The position numbers and the translations under genes are program-made. 64,000 nt of DNA from positions 70,882,467 to 70,946,466 of the forward strand of contig NC_057711.1 of NCBI RefSeq assembly GCF_004010195.1. Direction: 5' to 3'. The notes under the pieces were generated by a model. The model was given only the letters and a program-made list of their open reading frames with translations, searched no databases and was not told the origin of the DNA. Positions 50,371-63,351 of this stretch are shown here, one piece after another. Position 1 is the first letter of the stretch; each line of letters begins with the position of its first letter. This stretch comes from Chiloscyllium plagiosum (lineage: Eukaryota).

Positions 50371-52065
50371 GTGCTCAAGATTGAGTAGATTCAGCAAACA
50401 AATTTCTCCCAGGTCATCAACAAATGGAAAACAGGATCCATTTCCAGAATGTCAGCATCTTATTTTTTTTGCAGTCAAGTAAGTGAAACACCTGGCTTGG
50501 AATAATTGAAGACAAAATAAATTGTGCCAGTTTCCAATAAAATTCAAGCAGTCAACTGGAAAAGAATTTTCTACTAAAACACTTAAAATAAGACATTCAA
50601 AAAATGATTGCTAAAGTCTGCATGCCACTGTCAAATGTGAAAGTAATTTTATTTGTTAGCTCACAAAAAATTATTTGCTGTAAACTATATTTGATTTTTT
50701 TGTAAGTAGTTTGTGATTAATTAATAAGAAAGCCATTTAAGTAAAACAATATTTTCTGTGTGTATAATGCTGATCTAAAGAAGTTGCATCCGACAAATGA
50801 ATTCATATTGTCCTTCAGGTATCAGTTATGTTTCTGTGTTTTTTCAGGTTTTCAGCACTGACTGTTCTTTTTACTCCCCTCCCCAATTCATTAAAAATGT
50901 CTTTTTTTCTGGTGAAAGTGTGACTTTTCAAGTTTTACTGTGAGACCTTTACTCTTGTAATCTTTGCTGTGCCAACACCTGCTTTGCATTGAATCACCAA
51001 GACATTTGGATGGAAAGTAACACTTGAACCTAAAATTTCACAGACATTTTGAAAATCAGCTCTACAGTGCAAATAAATATCTCTCCAAAGCTATCGTCCG
51101 AATTCTAGCATGAGCCTAAATAATCAGTACTTTAGTTTAGAGAGTAGCTGTTAAAAAGATGAAAGCTGCCATCAGTTAGACAATCAATTGGAGCTTATTT
51201 GACGTTTCTTCAGCTCCACCATAATAAATTCAGTAGAAGCCCAACTTGTATTTGTAAATAAAGCTTCTGCATAACTGCTTACCATGTTGCAGTAGCAGAG
51301 TGGGAAAGCAATTTGAGGAAATACCCAGGTAAAACATTCTAAACAGCATCACCAGGGAACGATCTCAGTGGTTTTGTTGATTGGCTATGAAAACTTTAGC
51401 AAATAATTGGTGAAAACCTTGTTTTCCATGAACCTTCTCTTGGATCTTGCATTTAAGACCTCTTTGGGGCATGTACAATATGGATCAGGTGTCACATATT
51501 GCTGCATTTAACACTTTCCCCTGTCCCAGGGCCTTGTTATTTCCTATGGCTCTCAACACTCCACTACCAACATTTGCTAGGACTCTTCAGTAAATTGTCT
51601 TTTCTCTGTTGAAGGTTGGCCAGTTTCTTCCTTCAACATTTGTGCATCCATATTTTCCTTTTCTCAGTATCAGTGTCTAATTGGTGACAATCCATCTGCC
51701 TTTTAAGTATTTGGACCTCACTATATTATTGCTTCTTGTCAGATCTTGTGCAACGCCTTGGCTGAAGCCTGTTTTTATTTGATGTTCTTCACAAAAATAT
51801 GTTCCTCAAAGACACCCTGATCCACAGGATCTCCGAGACTGATTTTAATATTTTTATAGAAGGAGAGGGAAATTTTCAAAATACTTTTAACTTTTTTGGT
51901 TCTGGATTTTATTTTCCTGCTTTTTTCACCTCTCCCAGGAGATCACATGGGAGAATTTGGTGATCAAGGAAGCTTGATGAACTAGATTATCATTTTCTAT
52001 TCATCAATTTTGTGTCTTAGTATGTTTATAACTGATAATTGAAGTGAGTTGACTACTGGAGCTAC

Positions 52066-53040
52066 GAGGAGAAAGTGAGGACTGCAGATGCGAGAGAGTC
52101 AGAATAAAAGGTGTGGCACTGGAAAAGCACAGCAGGTCAGACAGCACCTGAGGATCAGGAGAGTCGACATTTCAGGCATATGTCCTTCATCATGAATGTG
52201 GAGGGGGAAGGGGGCTGAGAGATAAATAGGATGGTGGGGTAGGGCTGGGGCGAAGGTAGCTGTGAAGACGATAGGTGGATGCAGGTGGCGGGTGATTGTG
52301 ATAGGCCAATGGGAGGGTGGAGCGGAGAGGTGGGGTGATAGGCCATGGGAGGGTGGAGCGGAGAGGTGGGAAGGAAGATGGACAGGTAGGACAGGTCAAG
52401 AGAGTGGTGCCGAGTTGGGGGGTTGGATCGGGGATGAGGTGGGGAGAGGGGGAGAGTTAGAAACGAGTGAAGTCGATGTTGATCCTGTGTGGTTGTAGGG
52501 TCCCAAGGCGGAAGATATCCATGCTGACTATGACTATGAGGCATTCTTCCTCCAGTTGGCAGGTAGCTTTGATTTGGGGGCGGAGGAGGCCCAGGACTTG
52601 CATGTCCTTGGGGAGTGGGAGGGGGAATTGAAGTCGTTGGCCACAGGTCAGTGGGTTTGTTTGATTCATGTGTCCCAGAGATGTTCCCTGAAATGCTCTG
52701 CGAGTTGGCTTCCTATCTTCCCAATGTTGAGGAGGCCACTTCAGGTGCAATGGACTGTAGATGAGGTGCAGGAAAATCTCCACTAGATGTAAAATAATCC
52801 CTTGGGGCTTTTGACAGAGGTGAGGCTGTAGCGTGGGCACAGGTTTTACACCTCAAACAGTGGCAATGGAAGGTGCCAGGTGTGGGTGGTGAGTTGGTGG
52901 CAAGGGTGGGTGTACCAAACGAGGAAGTTGGGGAGGGAATGGTCTCTGCGGAATGCAGATAGGGGTAGGGAGGGAAATATATCTTTGGTGGTGGAGCCTG
53001 ACTGTAGGTGGTGGAAATGGCGGAGGATTATGCACTGTAT
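52066..53040 (-). mobile_element. 5'-truncated Penelope-like element (GIY-YIG region and 3' terminus)
   Basis: Minus frame DMQVLGLL..QLEEECLI..FRLGTLQPHRINIDFTRF. Terminus GAGGAGAAAGTGAGGACTGCAG. TSD CTGGAGCTAC / CCGGAGCTAC. Confidence 0.88.
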
Positions 53041-54304
53041 CCGGAGCTACTATTTTTGTAACTTTATTAAAAAGAAATATAAATTTCTGTCTGTCAGCAT
53101 CTATTGAGAGGAACAGTCTTAATAGGTGTGATTTTCCACTCCATGAGCTGGTAAGAATATTGATGAGCATGATAGGTTAATTAGGCAAAATCCAAAAATC
53201 ACTTAATGGCTGTTGAAATAGACTTCTTCAATTAGGCTCTCCTTCCTTAGATGGTGACTTTATGGCAAAAAAGCCTGCATACATGTCAAAAAGAGAAAAA
53301 AAAGTTAGAAATTAATAATACTTGGAAATGAATATACTGGTCCCACTGGAGCGCCAAGTTTGAAGGGTGTAAAATGAGCGGGATGGAAGTAAGTGCAGAG
53401 CCGTTTGTGAGATTCCTACCCATTGGAGGTGGTGAAGAGGAAGTGCAGTGATCTGAAAGAGTTCATGGTTTGAAAGGATGAGGTGGGTTAATTCTTGAGT
53501 GCACATCATACATGTGATGCAAAGACATATAGGCTATCAGATGTTTGTGCAGAGACTGAGTGATAACCCTGTGAGTGTTATGTAACAGAGAAGATGGAGC
53601 CACTAACCTTTAGAGACAGCATTCATGTTCTTGTGATACTGCTTGCTGTTCCCTTTGACATGCACCTTGATCTGGATGAGTTAGATGGGTTGCCATCTCC
53701 TGGAAACAAAATTAACCTCTTCTCAGTAACTCAGTCTAGCAGCATCTGGAAGGCAGGGGCAGTAAAACTGGGAACCAGTTTTCACTGCTGGGCAGGCATT
53801 TCTCGATTTCTGGAGGCAGCCACCAGATGCTTCTGGGCTTGTAGTGAGTGAGATGGTATTCAACTGGCATTGAAATGTGTCCCCAGTACCTTCAACCTCA
53901 GAATGTTCTGCTGGTGGCTCATTTGCTGCATCTGATTTGCTGACCAATTTTAGGCCACATCTCACTCACATCAATAATGAGCTGAGAAGCACGTGGTGAT
54001 GGGAAATTGTCTTGGCCTTTGGTATCACACTGTCAAAGATGATCACCAACACACTTGAAAATCTCAGTCATCATTTCCTGATATGTTAGCTCTGTTTCTC
54101 TACATATATGCTGAGTCTTTCTGATTATTTTTGTTGTCATTTCAGATTTCCAGTATCTACAATTCTTTGCTTTTATATCAATTTCTTTCTTCCTGCCCAC
54201 TCTACATTTGGTACTTCAGGACTCCTTTCATAACTTTAGCAACTCTATTCCTATCCTAATCGCTGACGTCAGCACATACTGCCCTTCCATTTCTTTTTAA
54301 AAAT

Positions 54305-55455
54305 ATTTTCATAAGATATGGGTGTCATTGACAAGGCTAGCATATATTATTTATTGTTAACCTGCCTGTGAGAAGGTGAGGTTGATTTATTTTCTAGAAC
54401 TGATCCAGGAGATGAGCTATTTATCAAAAATAATGTTGTTTCTTGGCAACAGTGTTTATATAGCTGATCCAATTCAGTTTCTGATCAATGGTAATCCCCA
54501 AGATATTGATAGTGGGGCATTCAGAGATGGCAATGCCATTGAATGGGATGCAAAGGTGTTACATTTGCTGAAGATGCTCTTTGCTTGGCAACTGTGTGGC
54601 ATGATTGTTATGTGCCACTTTTCAGCCCAAATCTGGATGGCATGCAGGTCTTGTTGCATGAGGGTTGCTTTAGTATCTGAGGAATCATGAATGGTAGTGA
54701 ACACTGTGTTATCATCAATAACCTTCCATACTCTGACCTTATGTGATCATTGATAAAGCAGCTGAAGTTGTAAGGCTAGGATACTAGCCTAAGGAGCATG
54801 CTGTGATGTCCCAAGGTTCAGACAATTGATTTCCAACAACAACGATCATCTTCCTTTGTTCTGGGAGAGTGAAGATTTTCACCTATCCCAGTGATTCCAG
54901 TCTTGCTAGGCCTTGTTGGTGCCATCACAAGAGTCAAAATTTACCTTGATATAAAACAAAAATTGCTCTCACTATACTCCTAGGTTTCAACTATTTTGTC
55001 CAAGGGTTTATAAGGTCAGGAGTCAAGTAGTCCTGGCAAAGCCAATGTGAAAATCAGTGAGCAGGTTCTGGCTAAGCAAGTGGTACTTGACAGTACAATC
55101 AATGTTGTCTTGTTGATGAATGAAAATATATTAATTAGATTAACTTTCTCCTCCTTTTGATGAACAGGACATACCTACAATTTTGCACATTATGGGTAGA
55201 TGCCAGTGTTGTAACTATACTGGAATAGTTTGGCTTGGATGCTGTTAGTTCTGGAGTGCAAATCTCTACTACTAAAGCTGGGATATGGTCAGAGTCCATA
55301 TCCAATTTACTCTATCCAATGCTTTCAGTCTTTCTTGGTATTACATAGAGTGAATTGAATTGTCTGAAGACTGACATCTGTGGTGCTGGGCTCCTCAGGA
55401 GGAGGGAAGATAGAATTCCACATTTTTGATCAAAGATGGGTGAAAATACTTTAGC
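54305..55455 (-). mobile_element. Old LINE (same family as 28640-29760)
   Basis: Minus frame MQQDLHAIQIWAEKWHIT..PHSCQA and similarity to the 29450-29760 region. Confidence 0.7.
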
Positions 55456-55589
55456 TCTGTGTTACAAATGTGTCCGTTATCATTAACTGCTTCATTCTAC
55501 ATGGCAACACCTTTATCAAAGTCCATGAACCATCCAATCAGCACACTCCTCTCATACAATGTAAATGTTGTTTTATCTTTAAATTTGTA

Positions 55590-56752
55590 TTCTTGCAAAT
55601 GGTCCTGATGAGTACAAGACTCAAAGCTTCATCAAAATGCAGTCCATTACAAACCCATCGACTTCCACAGTCACAGTCCCAGTCCCCACATCTTACTTCC
55701 TATGAGGCCCCTGTTCTATTCTTACAGTTTCTCCAACTCCATCGCAACTGTTCTGATGATGCCACATTCTATAGGGGTCCTCAGAAATGTCCAATATTTT
55801 CTTCAATCGAGGATTTCCCACAAACTTCCAGTGAGATACTATGACCAAATACATATTTCCCTTCCTTCTCAGCATTCCACATATATTGTTCCTGCTGGGA
55901 CATCAGGTACACTCCTCCTGTACCCTCAACACCTCCCCACTGCCCACTTCACCTTCCTATGCAATCACAGAATATGTAACACTTTCCCATTTACCACCGC
56001 TCTCGTCACCATTCAAGGCCCCAGACACACATTCCAGGTGAAGCTGAGATTTACCTACCACTCACTCAATCCAATCTGTGGTATTCGCTGCTCACAATAT
56101 TCTCCTCTACATCGGGAGATGAAATGCAGACTGTGTGACCGCTTTGCAAACACTTAAGTTCTGTTCATAAATATGATCCTGACCTTCCAGTTGCCTGCCA
56201 TGTCAACACACCACTCTGTACCCTGGCCAAAGTTTCTTTTCTCAGGCCTGCTGTAGTGCTCCAGTGAAGCTCAGTGCAAACTGGAAGAACAGCATCTCAT
56301 TTTCCACTTGGGCACTCTGCAGGACTCAATGTTCAATTCAATTATTTTTGAGACTGAACATCATTCTCCATGCCTTTTACCCACTCTCACACCCTGGGTC
56401 CTGTCAATGCATGGGTTGCTTTCAGCACAGCTAACCCATTTTCACCCATTCATAGTCCTTATCATCATCTATGCAGCTTTTCCTCTTCCTTGGCTTATTA
56501 TCAGCAATCCCTTTGTCTGCCTAACACTTACTCTTTCTCTCTTTCTGTCTCTGGGCTCAACACTATCTGTCCATTCATTCATTCACCACTTCAGTCTCAT
56601 CAAAAAAAAAACTACCGTTTCCTAGATGCTGTCAGTTCTGAAGAAGAGTCACTGGACTTGAAATGTTAACACTGTTTCTCTCTTACACAAATTTTGCCAG
56701 GCCTACTGAGTTTCTGGAGCAATTTCTGCTTTTGTTTCAGGTTTCTAGCATC
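55590..56752 (+). mobile_element. Decayed Penelope-like element (GIY-YIG region and terminus)
   Basis: IQGPRHTFQVKLRFTY..ICGIRCSQY..RLCDRFA. Terminus with CTGAAGAAGAGTCACTGGACTTGAAATGTT at 56638-56667. Confidence 0.75.
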
Positions 56753-56767
56753 ACCATTGTTTAAAGG

Positions 56768-56925
56768 CATAGAGCTGTACAGCATTGAAACAGACCCTTC
56801 AGTCCGACCTGTCCATGCTGTCCAATATCCTAAATTAATCTAGTCCCATTTGCCAGCATTTGGCCCATATCCCTCAAACCCTTCCTATTTAAGTGCCCAT
56901 CTAGATGCCCTTAAAATATTGTAAT
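56768..56925 (-). mobile_element. CR1 3' tail fragment
   Basis: CATAGAG..TGTACAGCA..GAAACAGACCCTTC..CCCATTTGCCAGCA. Confidence 0.8.
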
Positions 56926-57921
56926 AATTATTTCAACTAAATATGTCTCTCATAGAAATAATCAAGCCTGTGCTACAAGTGACTAAATGTGTAATTATAG
57001 TACAACATATTTTGTATAGGCAACCAAACTATCTTTAAAAATTGACAAGGAGTCTTATCAAACGGTTACCAGAAGTCACATGAGTGTTTTCTTGATTCAC
57101 TGCAGCCAAAAGCAGACAGACTAGTGTGTTATCTTAAGAGTCAATGACAAAAGAGCATTAAATAATTCAACAGATTCCAGGACTGTTCATTGAAACTTCA
57201 AAAGGTGTGAACTCAAAGGTTCTGTAGTGTTGAACAGGAGACTGGAAGGACATCACAAGGAATTCCCACATAATTGACTTTGCTTTGTGGAACAGCAGTT
57301 CATCAAAGTTAACATCTGCAGCCATTTTGTTTGATTGTGATTAAAAAAAACCTGGCTGAAAAGAGCCATTTTGTGTGCAGAGATCTCCAGGGACCATGTG
57401 AAGAAAGTTCCAGCCATCAGCTCCAGTTGAACTAGCTGTGAACAGCATGTAACAATTGGCTTTTCTCTCTGGCATTGGGATTTACGGAGTAAAAGTATCC
57501 AGGGAGCCTCTCAGTTCAGCTGAACAGGATTTCAGACAGTTTTCAAGTGGTGGTATTAGCAGCACTCGGAAAGAAAAGGGACCTTTACATGCTCCCTGAA
57601 GATGCTTTACAGACTGATTCTGTCTACAAAGTTCCATTACAAAAACCATCATCACAGCTGCTGAATCTAACTTCAAATTTTAAACCTTTACTTCAGTTAC
57701 AAAATCTTCAAGCCAGACCTGCAACAATACTCAAGACTAAGGCCATTTTCACCTTCATGTAATTTTGTCGTTACTTACTTTAAATTTTTATATCTGTATT
57801 TTAGCTAATGTCAGTACACATTTTTCAAAGTAAATTTCAGCAGTTTTGTAATAATCTCATCTTGTTTCAAGTAAAAAATCCATGTTGATTTCTTTTTAAG
57901 TTGAAATGATCGAAAATTAAA

Positions 57922-58588
57922 TAGAGTGATAGAGTGATAGAAATGTACAGCATGGAAATAGATCCTTCAGGGCAACTCGTCCATGCCGACCAGATCTTGT
58001 AAATTAATCTAGTCCTGTTTGCCAGCACTTGGCCCATATCCACAGTGGCTCAGTGGTTAGCACTGCTGCCTTGAAGTGCCCAGAGACCCAGGATAAATTC
58101 CAGCCTTGGGCGACTGTCTGTGTGGAGTTTGCACATTCTCCCCGTGTATGTGAGGGTTTCCTTCAGGTGCTCCAGTTTCCTCCCACAGTCCAAAGATGTG
58201 CGGCTCAGGTGAAGTGGCCATGTTAAATTGCCCGTAGTGTTAGGTGCATTAGTAGGGAGTAGGTGAATGGGTCTGGGTGGGTTACTCTTCGGAAGATCCG
58301 CACTGTAGGGAATCTAATCTAATATCCCTCAAAACTCTTCCTATTCATGTACCCATCCAAATGCCTTTTAAATGTTGTAATTGTACCAGCATCTACCACT
58401 TCCTCTGGCAGCTTATTCCATACACGAACCATCCTGTGCATGAAAAAGTTGCCCTTAAAGTCCCTTTTAAATCTTTCCCCTCTCACCCTAAACCTATGCC
58501 CTCTAGTTCAGGACACCTCAACCCAGGGAAAAGACCTTGTCTATTTATCCTATCCGTGCGCCTCATGATTTTATGAACCTCTATAAGA
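57922..58588 (-). mobile_element. CR1 3' end interrupted by a SINE
   Basis: (ATAGAGTG)n tail; the CR1 sequence resumes at 58322. Confidence 0.85.
58042..58321 (+). mobile_element. HE1-type SINE nested in CR1, TSD ATATCC
   Basis: GGCTCAGTGGTTAGCACTGCTGCC head, V-domain and AATCTAATCT tail. ATATCC at 58036-58041 and 58322-58327. Confidence 0.88.
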
Positions 58589-58621
58589 ATATTTAATAGT
58601 ATAAATATGCTGCAGCAACCA

Positions 58622-58908
58622 CTGTTGCTCAGTGGTTAGCACTGCTGCTTCACAGCACCAGGGACCCAAATTCAATTTTAATGTTAGGCGACTGTGTGAA
58701 GTTTGCATGTTCTGACTGTGTCTGCATGGGCTTCTGCTGGATGCTCCTGCTTCCTCTCACAATCCAAAGATATGCAGGCTAGGCAGATTAGCCATGGTAA
58801 GGACATGGTTACGGGGATAGTGGAGGGGTGGGATGCTTTTCAGAGGGGCAGTGGAGACATGGTAGGCTGAATGGCCTCTTTCCACACTGTAGGGATTTTA
58901 TGATTCTA
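58622..58908 (+). mobile_element. Degraded HE1-like SINE
   Basis: GCTCAGTGGTTAGCACTGCTGC head and TTCCACACTGTAGGGATT tail. Confidence 0.8.
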
Positions 58909-59299
58909 AACGAGCAATACAAATTCACATTTCAGAACCAGTCTGAGGATACACTTGGTGTTGTCATGGCACTTGCCTTTTACACTGAGGTGCTGGGCTC
59001 TCCCATCTTTATGAAGGCTCCTACCTCAATCAGATGTTTAATTGTTCACCACTAATGACTAATGGATGTGGCAAAACAGTGTACTGCATTCAACCAGCAT
59101 GACCGGTAGGGTACACTATGATAGTTCAGCCAATCCAAACTCTCTGAGTTCTTGCATGAGCGCTGAGTCCTTTGCATTGTCCTCACAACATGCCTCATTT
59201 CTGAACAGTCATTTTAATATCTTGTATCCACTGCACCATTCCATTCCCTTAAACATTTGCATGACAATCCAACAGTGGATCTGATCTATTCAATTATGG

Positions 59300-59724
59300 A
59301 AATGTGTTGCTGGAAAAGCGCAGCAGGTCAGGCAGCATCTAGGGAACAGGAGAATCGACGTTTCGGGCATTAGCCCTTCTTCAGGAATGAGGAAAGTTGG
59401 TCCAGCAGGCTAAGATAAAAGATAGGGAGGAGGGACTTGGGGGAGGGGCGTCGGAAATGTGATAGGTGGAAAGAGGTCAAGGTGATGGTGATAGGTCAGA
59501 CTGGAGCAGTGACCTCTTTCCACCTATCACATTTCCGACGCCCCTCCCCCAAGTCCCTCCTCCCTATCTTTTATCTTAGCCTGCTGGACCAACTTTCCTC
59601 ATTCCTGAAGAAGGGCTAATGCCCGAAACGTCGATTCTCCTGTTCCCTAGATGCTGCCTGACCTGCTGCGCTTTTCCAGCAACACATTTCCACCTCTGAT
59701 CTCCAGCATCTGCAGACCTCACTT
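59300..59724. mobile_element. Hairpin Penelope-terminus insertion (same young family as 19876)
   Basis: Arms ~59298-59479 and 59510-59691 are essentially perfect. TSD TCTATTCAATTATGG at 59285-59299 and 59725-59739. Hammerhead-like motifs at 59357-59384 (minus) and 59605-59632 (plus). Confidence 0.92.
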
Positions 59725-60191
59725 TCTATTCAATTATGGCCAAGCATTTCAATTTTGCAAGACATTCAGTAGAAGCTGACTCTTCACCCACCACTGAGTA
59801 GGTTCATCAAACCAAGCTCCGATCACATGAAGCCTGGCCAACTTCTGGGTGAATTGCAAGCCTCAACACTGAAGGCCCACCACAATGGAAGCTGCAGTCT
59901 AATCAGAGACTGGCAGGTCAGGGTCCTAGACATTGTGACTGCAGACCTAGTCTTCTGCCATCGGTAAATAGGTAACTCTTTTTGTTTGGATTTCATAGGT
60001 TGGGGGGAGTTTTGAGAAGAAGATGGCGGAAGGATAGAAGGCAGTGCTTTCAGTAGCCTTTTCTTTTTCTCCATCTCTGGCCCTTGACAGCTCTGGATAC
60101 CCCCCCCACCCCGCCCCCCAGCCCCAGCACACACATCACCCTGATTTTTCCAATTGGGAAAGCAGCCACTGTTCTCACTTGCCAGGGAGAC

Positions 60192-60560
60192 TATAGAATC
60201 TCTACAGTATGGAAACAGGCCATTCAGCCCAACAAGTCTACACCAACTCTTTGAAGAGCATCCCACACAGACTCACCCTGCTACCCTATCCCTGTAACCC
60301 TCCAACCCTGCATGTTCCATGGCTATTCCACCTGTAGCCCTGCACATCCCTGGACACTATGGGTAATTTAGCATGGCCAATCCACCTAACCTGCACGTCT
60401 TTGAACTGTGGGAGGAAACCAGAGCACCCAGAGGAAACCCAAGCAGACAAGGGGAGAATGTATATGCTCTACAGAGATATTTGCCTGAGTCTGGAATCGA
60501 ATCAGGATCACTGGTACTGTGAGGCAGCAGTGCAAGCCACTGAGCCACCATGCTGCCCGA
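60192..60560 (-). mobile_element. HE1-type SINE, minus strand
   Basis: Reverse complement of the tRNA head (GTGAGGCAGCAGTGC..CCACTGAGCCACC) and V-domain (GTGGGAGGAAACCAGAGCACCCAGAGGAAACCC). Confidence 0.88.
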
Positions 60561-63351
60561 CTGGTCATTGTTAATTGACACTTTAAAAGTCTTAATTGCT
60601 AATGAATTAAAAAGGTCCTCATGAACCTTCTAGCCCACCAAATAATTGCTGAGGTGACTTCAAGGGGGTGAGTACTTCATTAGTATCAACTCAATTGTCC
60701 CATTACTTGCTCTTGTCTCCACCTCCATGAAGGAGGAAATTGTTTCTGATGATGCTGTGATTGGGACTGTGACTTGGTTGTAATTCAGTCTCTGACTTAC
60801 CCTTTGATATGAACAACATCACATTGCGTATTTAAAAGCAAACTTTCCAGCATGGTTAGTCTTTTATTGTTATTGGTTAAAAACATTGGGATGAATCTTC
60901 CCAGCCCCTGAACAATTTGGTCAATGGAGATTCAGTTGCAGAAGTATGGTGAGATCAGCAGGAAAATGATTCTTGAGGTCTGGAAAAATAGTCCAATGCT
61001 CCCACCAAATTTTAAAAGACTGAGGTGAGAATGTCTCTGGTGAGGGATGAGATGCCTATTCCCATCCATTTGCATGCATTAGCTTGCCATTATTGATTAA
61101 TCTCACTTTATCAATATAGTTTCCCATTCTCTCCACTGCCAATGGAAAGCAGATGACAACAACTCCTGACATGAAGTTAAAGCAGGTACCTGTTAATTCC
61201 AGCTTTCCACTTGCTCCTCCATGCCTCCACCTTGGACTGCAGTCCCCATGGATTACTCCATGGGCAGCATCTGCTGGCACAACCACTGTTCATGGGCATT
61301 GGCATTAGACACATACCAGCCTTACTGCACTCTCATGACACATTTCTGATCTACCTACAATGCTGATCTACACTTCAATGCTGCCCTTCGCAATGCACCA
61401 GCACCTTTCCCTGTAACATTGAAACTAACACTGCACATTGGGACAGATATCCAACTCCTGGACTGGAACAGACCACATTACAGGGCTCCTCACTTTTGAT
61501 CTCTTATCTCTCCCTCACTTTGACCTACATGGATGCTTGCAGCATCTTCACCTTGCCTTTATGAAAATTGCCCCTTGTAGCCTGAACTTAGAGTACTGCT
61601 GCATTGCCTTGCTGTTTACCACAGACACAAAGCCAAGCAGCTTGCCATGTTTGTTAGCAATGATTAGTCAAGGAGATAATGTTGCTGTGTGGCAGTATGC
61701 TACATCAATCACACACTTTCCCCATGTGCCAACAGCATATGGGGAAAGTGCATTACATGTGCTTCAATGCAAGGCCATATCTCAAAATCAAAGGGAATAG
61801 GGTCAATCAAGCCAAAGGAGACAGCCTTCAGTCAGGGGATTTCAGCTTAGTAAGTTAATGACAGCAACCAATATCAGACCAGAACTTGGACACTATCAGT
61901 TGGCTGCTTGGGGCAGTCAGGGTCAGGGAGTATCTATCACTATAGTCTGCAGAGAGGGCCACGGTCAGCCCTGTAGGTCCATGCAACCTATCAGAGGGGT
62001 GTGGTTTCAGTCAGGGATTTGCACAGAAATCAGTTAGAGATCTAGTCAGTCTTCAGACAGGGGGTGGGCGGATAGGTGGGTGGGCCATAGTTGGTCCTGG
62101 GAGTCACCTCAGTGAAAATGAAGCCATTTTTCAGGAATCATGGATGTGGGAAGAAAGTTGGAAATAAATTCTGAGGCTTGGAGACAGCATGCTGGGATGC
62201 TGAGCAACATATGAACAGGAGAACCTCAACAGGTGACAGGGTAGATGAAAGTGTATTGGAGAACATAAGTTACTGTGGAAGGGACTTCATCGATGGTCAC
62301 TGGCTTCAGACGTGGGTGGACAATGCAGCACAATGGTTGGCATTATTCAGCTGTGCAGTTGGGGCACAGAGGGATGGGAGATGGCATCAGAATTCAAGGA
62401 GGTGTGTGGGAATCTGTGGAAGCTTTGTACTGATGGGCTCAACAGAGTATGCAAGGCAGATAGGAACGTAGGGGTTCAGAAGGCTATTGAATACCTTGCT
62501 GACCCTAAGACTCTTTTCCACGTGTGACCTGTCTTCCATATTCATACAATGAGCAATGGCTGTGACCACAGAGGGCAAAGTGAGTGTTTTGTTCCTGCTT
62601 AAGCACGCAAGCTGTACTTGTGAGTGGTGTGAGACAATTCAAGGGGAACTGGAATTAATCAGTCACTTTCACAATACAAGTTGAATGAAGATATATGACC
62701 CTGCATGTGAAATGCATGCAATGTCCAATGGACAAAACCTGGTCACAAGCAATCTTGACTATGTCATTTGTCATTGCAGATTGAAGATAGTCATCTCTGT
62801 GGGGCAAAGGTAATCTCAGACGACCTTAAAAATGGCACCTGCAAGCCACTATTCACAAAGACAATCCCAGATGTCATAAGTCACTCAAGAGCATGGAGCA
62901 GATTTCACCTGGAACTGTAAATATTTGTCAATGTGCAATGTTGCCTTTTTCAAGTGATATGAGGTTTGAGAGGAGAGTAATCATAATCATTCAGCATTTC
63001 CAAATTCCTACTGTATTTATAAGACATGGCTTGTGCTACATTCATCAGATGAAGGTCCACTACGTCAAAGGTCATGGTCGAGGCATTCCATGGCCCTCCT
63101 TGTCTGAATTCTCATTGTCTCACTCTATCGAGGACTGTGCGAAACCATTACTTGTGAGGGGTTGAACGCTGACTGCTCACATTACTAAGAACTTCCTCTG
63201 TTTTTTATGTTCCCCACACAGTTTCAATGGAAGTGTGACCAATAGATACAGCTATAGAAGGGCTTATTGTCACTGTTGCTTACTGCAATGTTAGTACAGA
63301 GAAATGAAGGACCTGAAGCAGCAATAAGTCCAGGAATAGTAGCAACCTCCA

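Noticed and set aside
57050..57900. Possible LTR or other interspersed repeat
   Set aside because: No clear TG...CA boundaries, TSD or second copy in the window.
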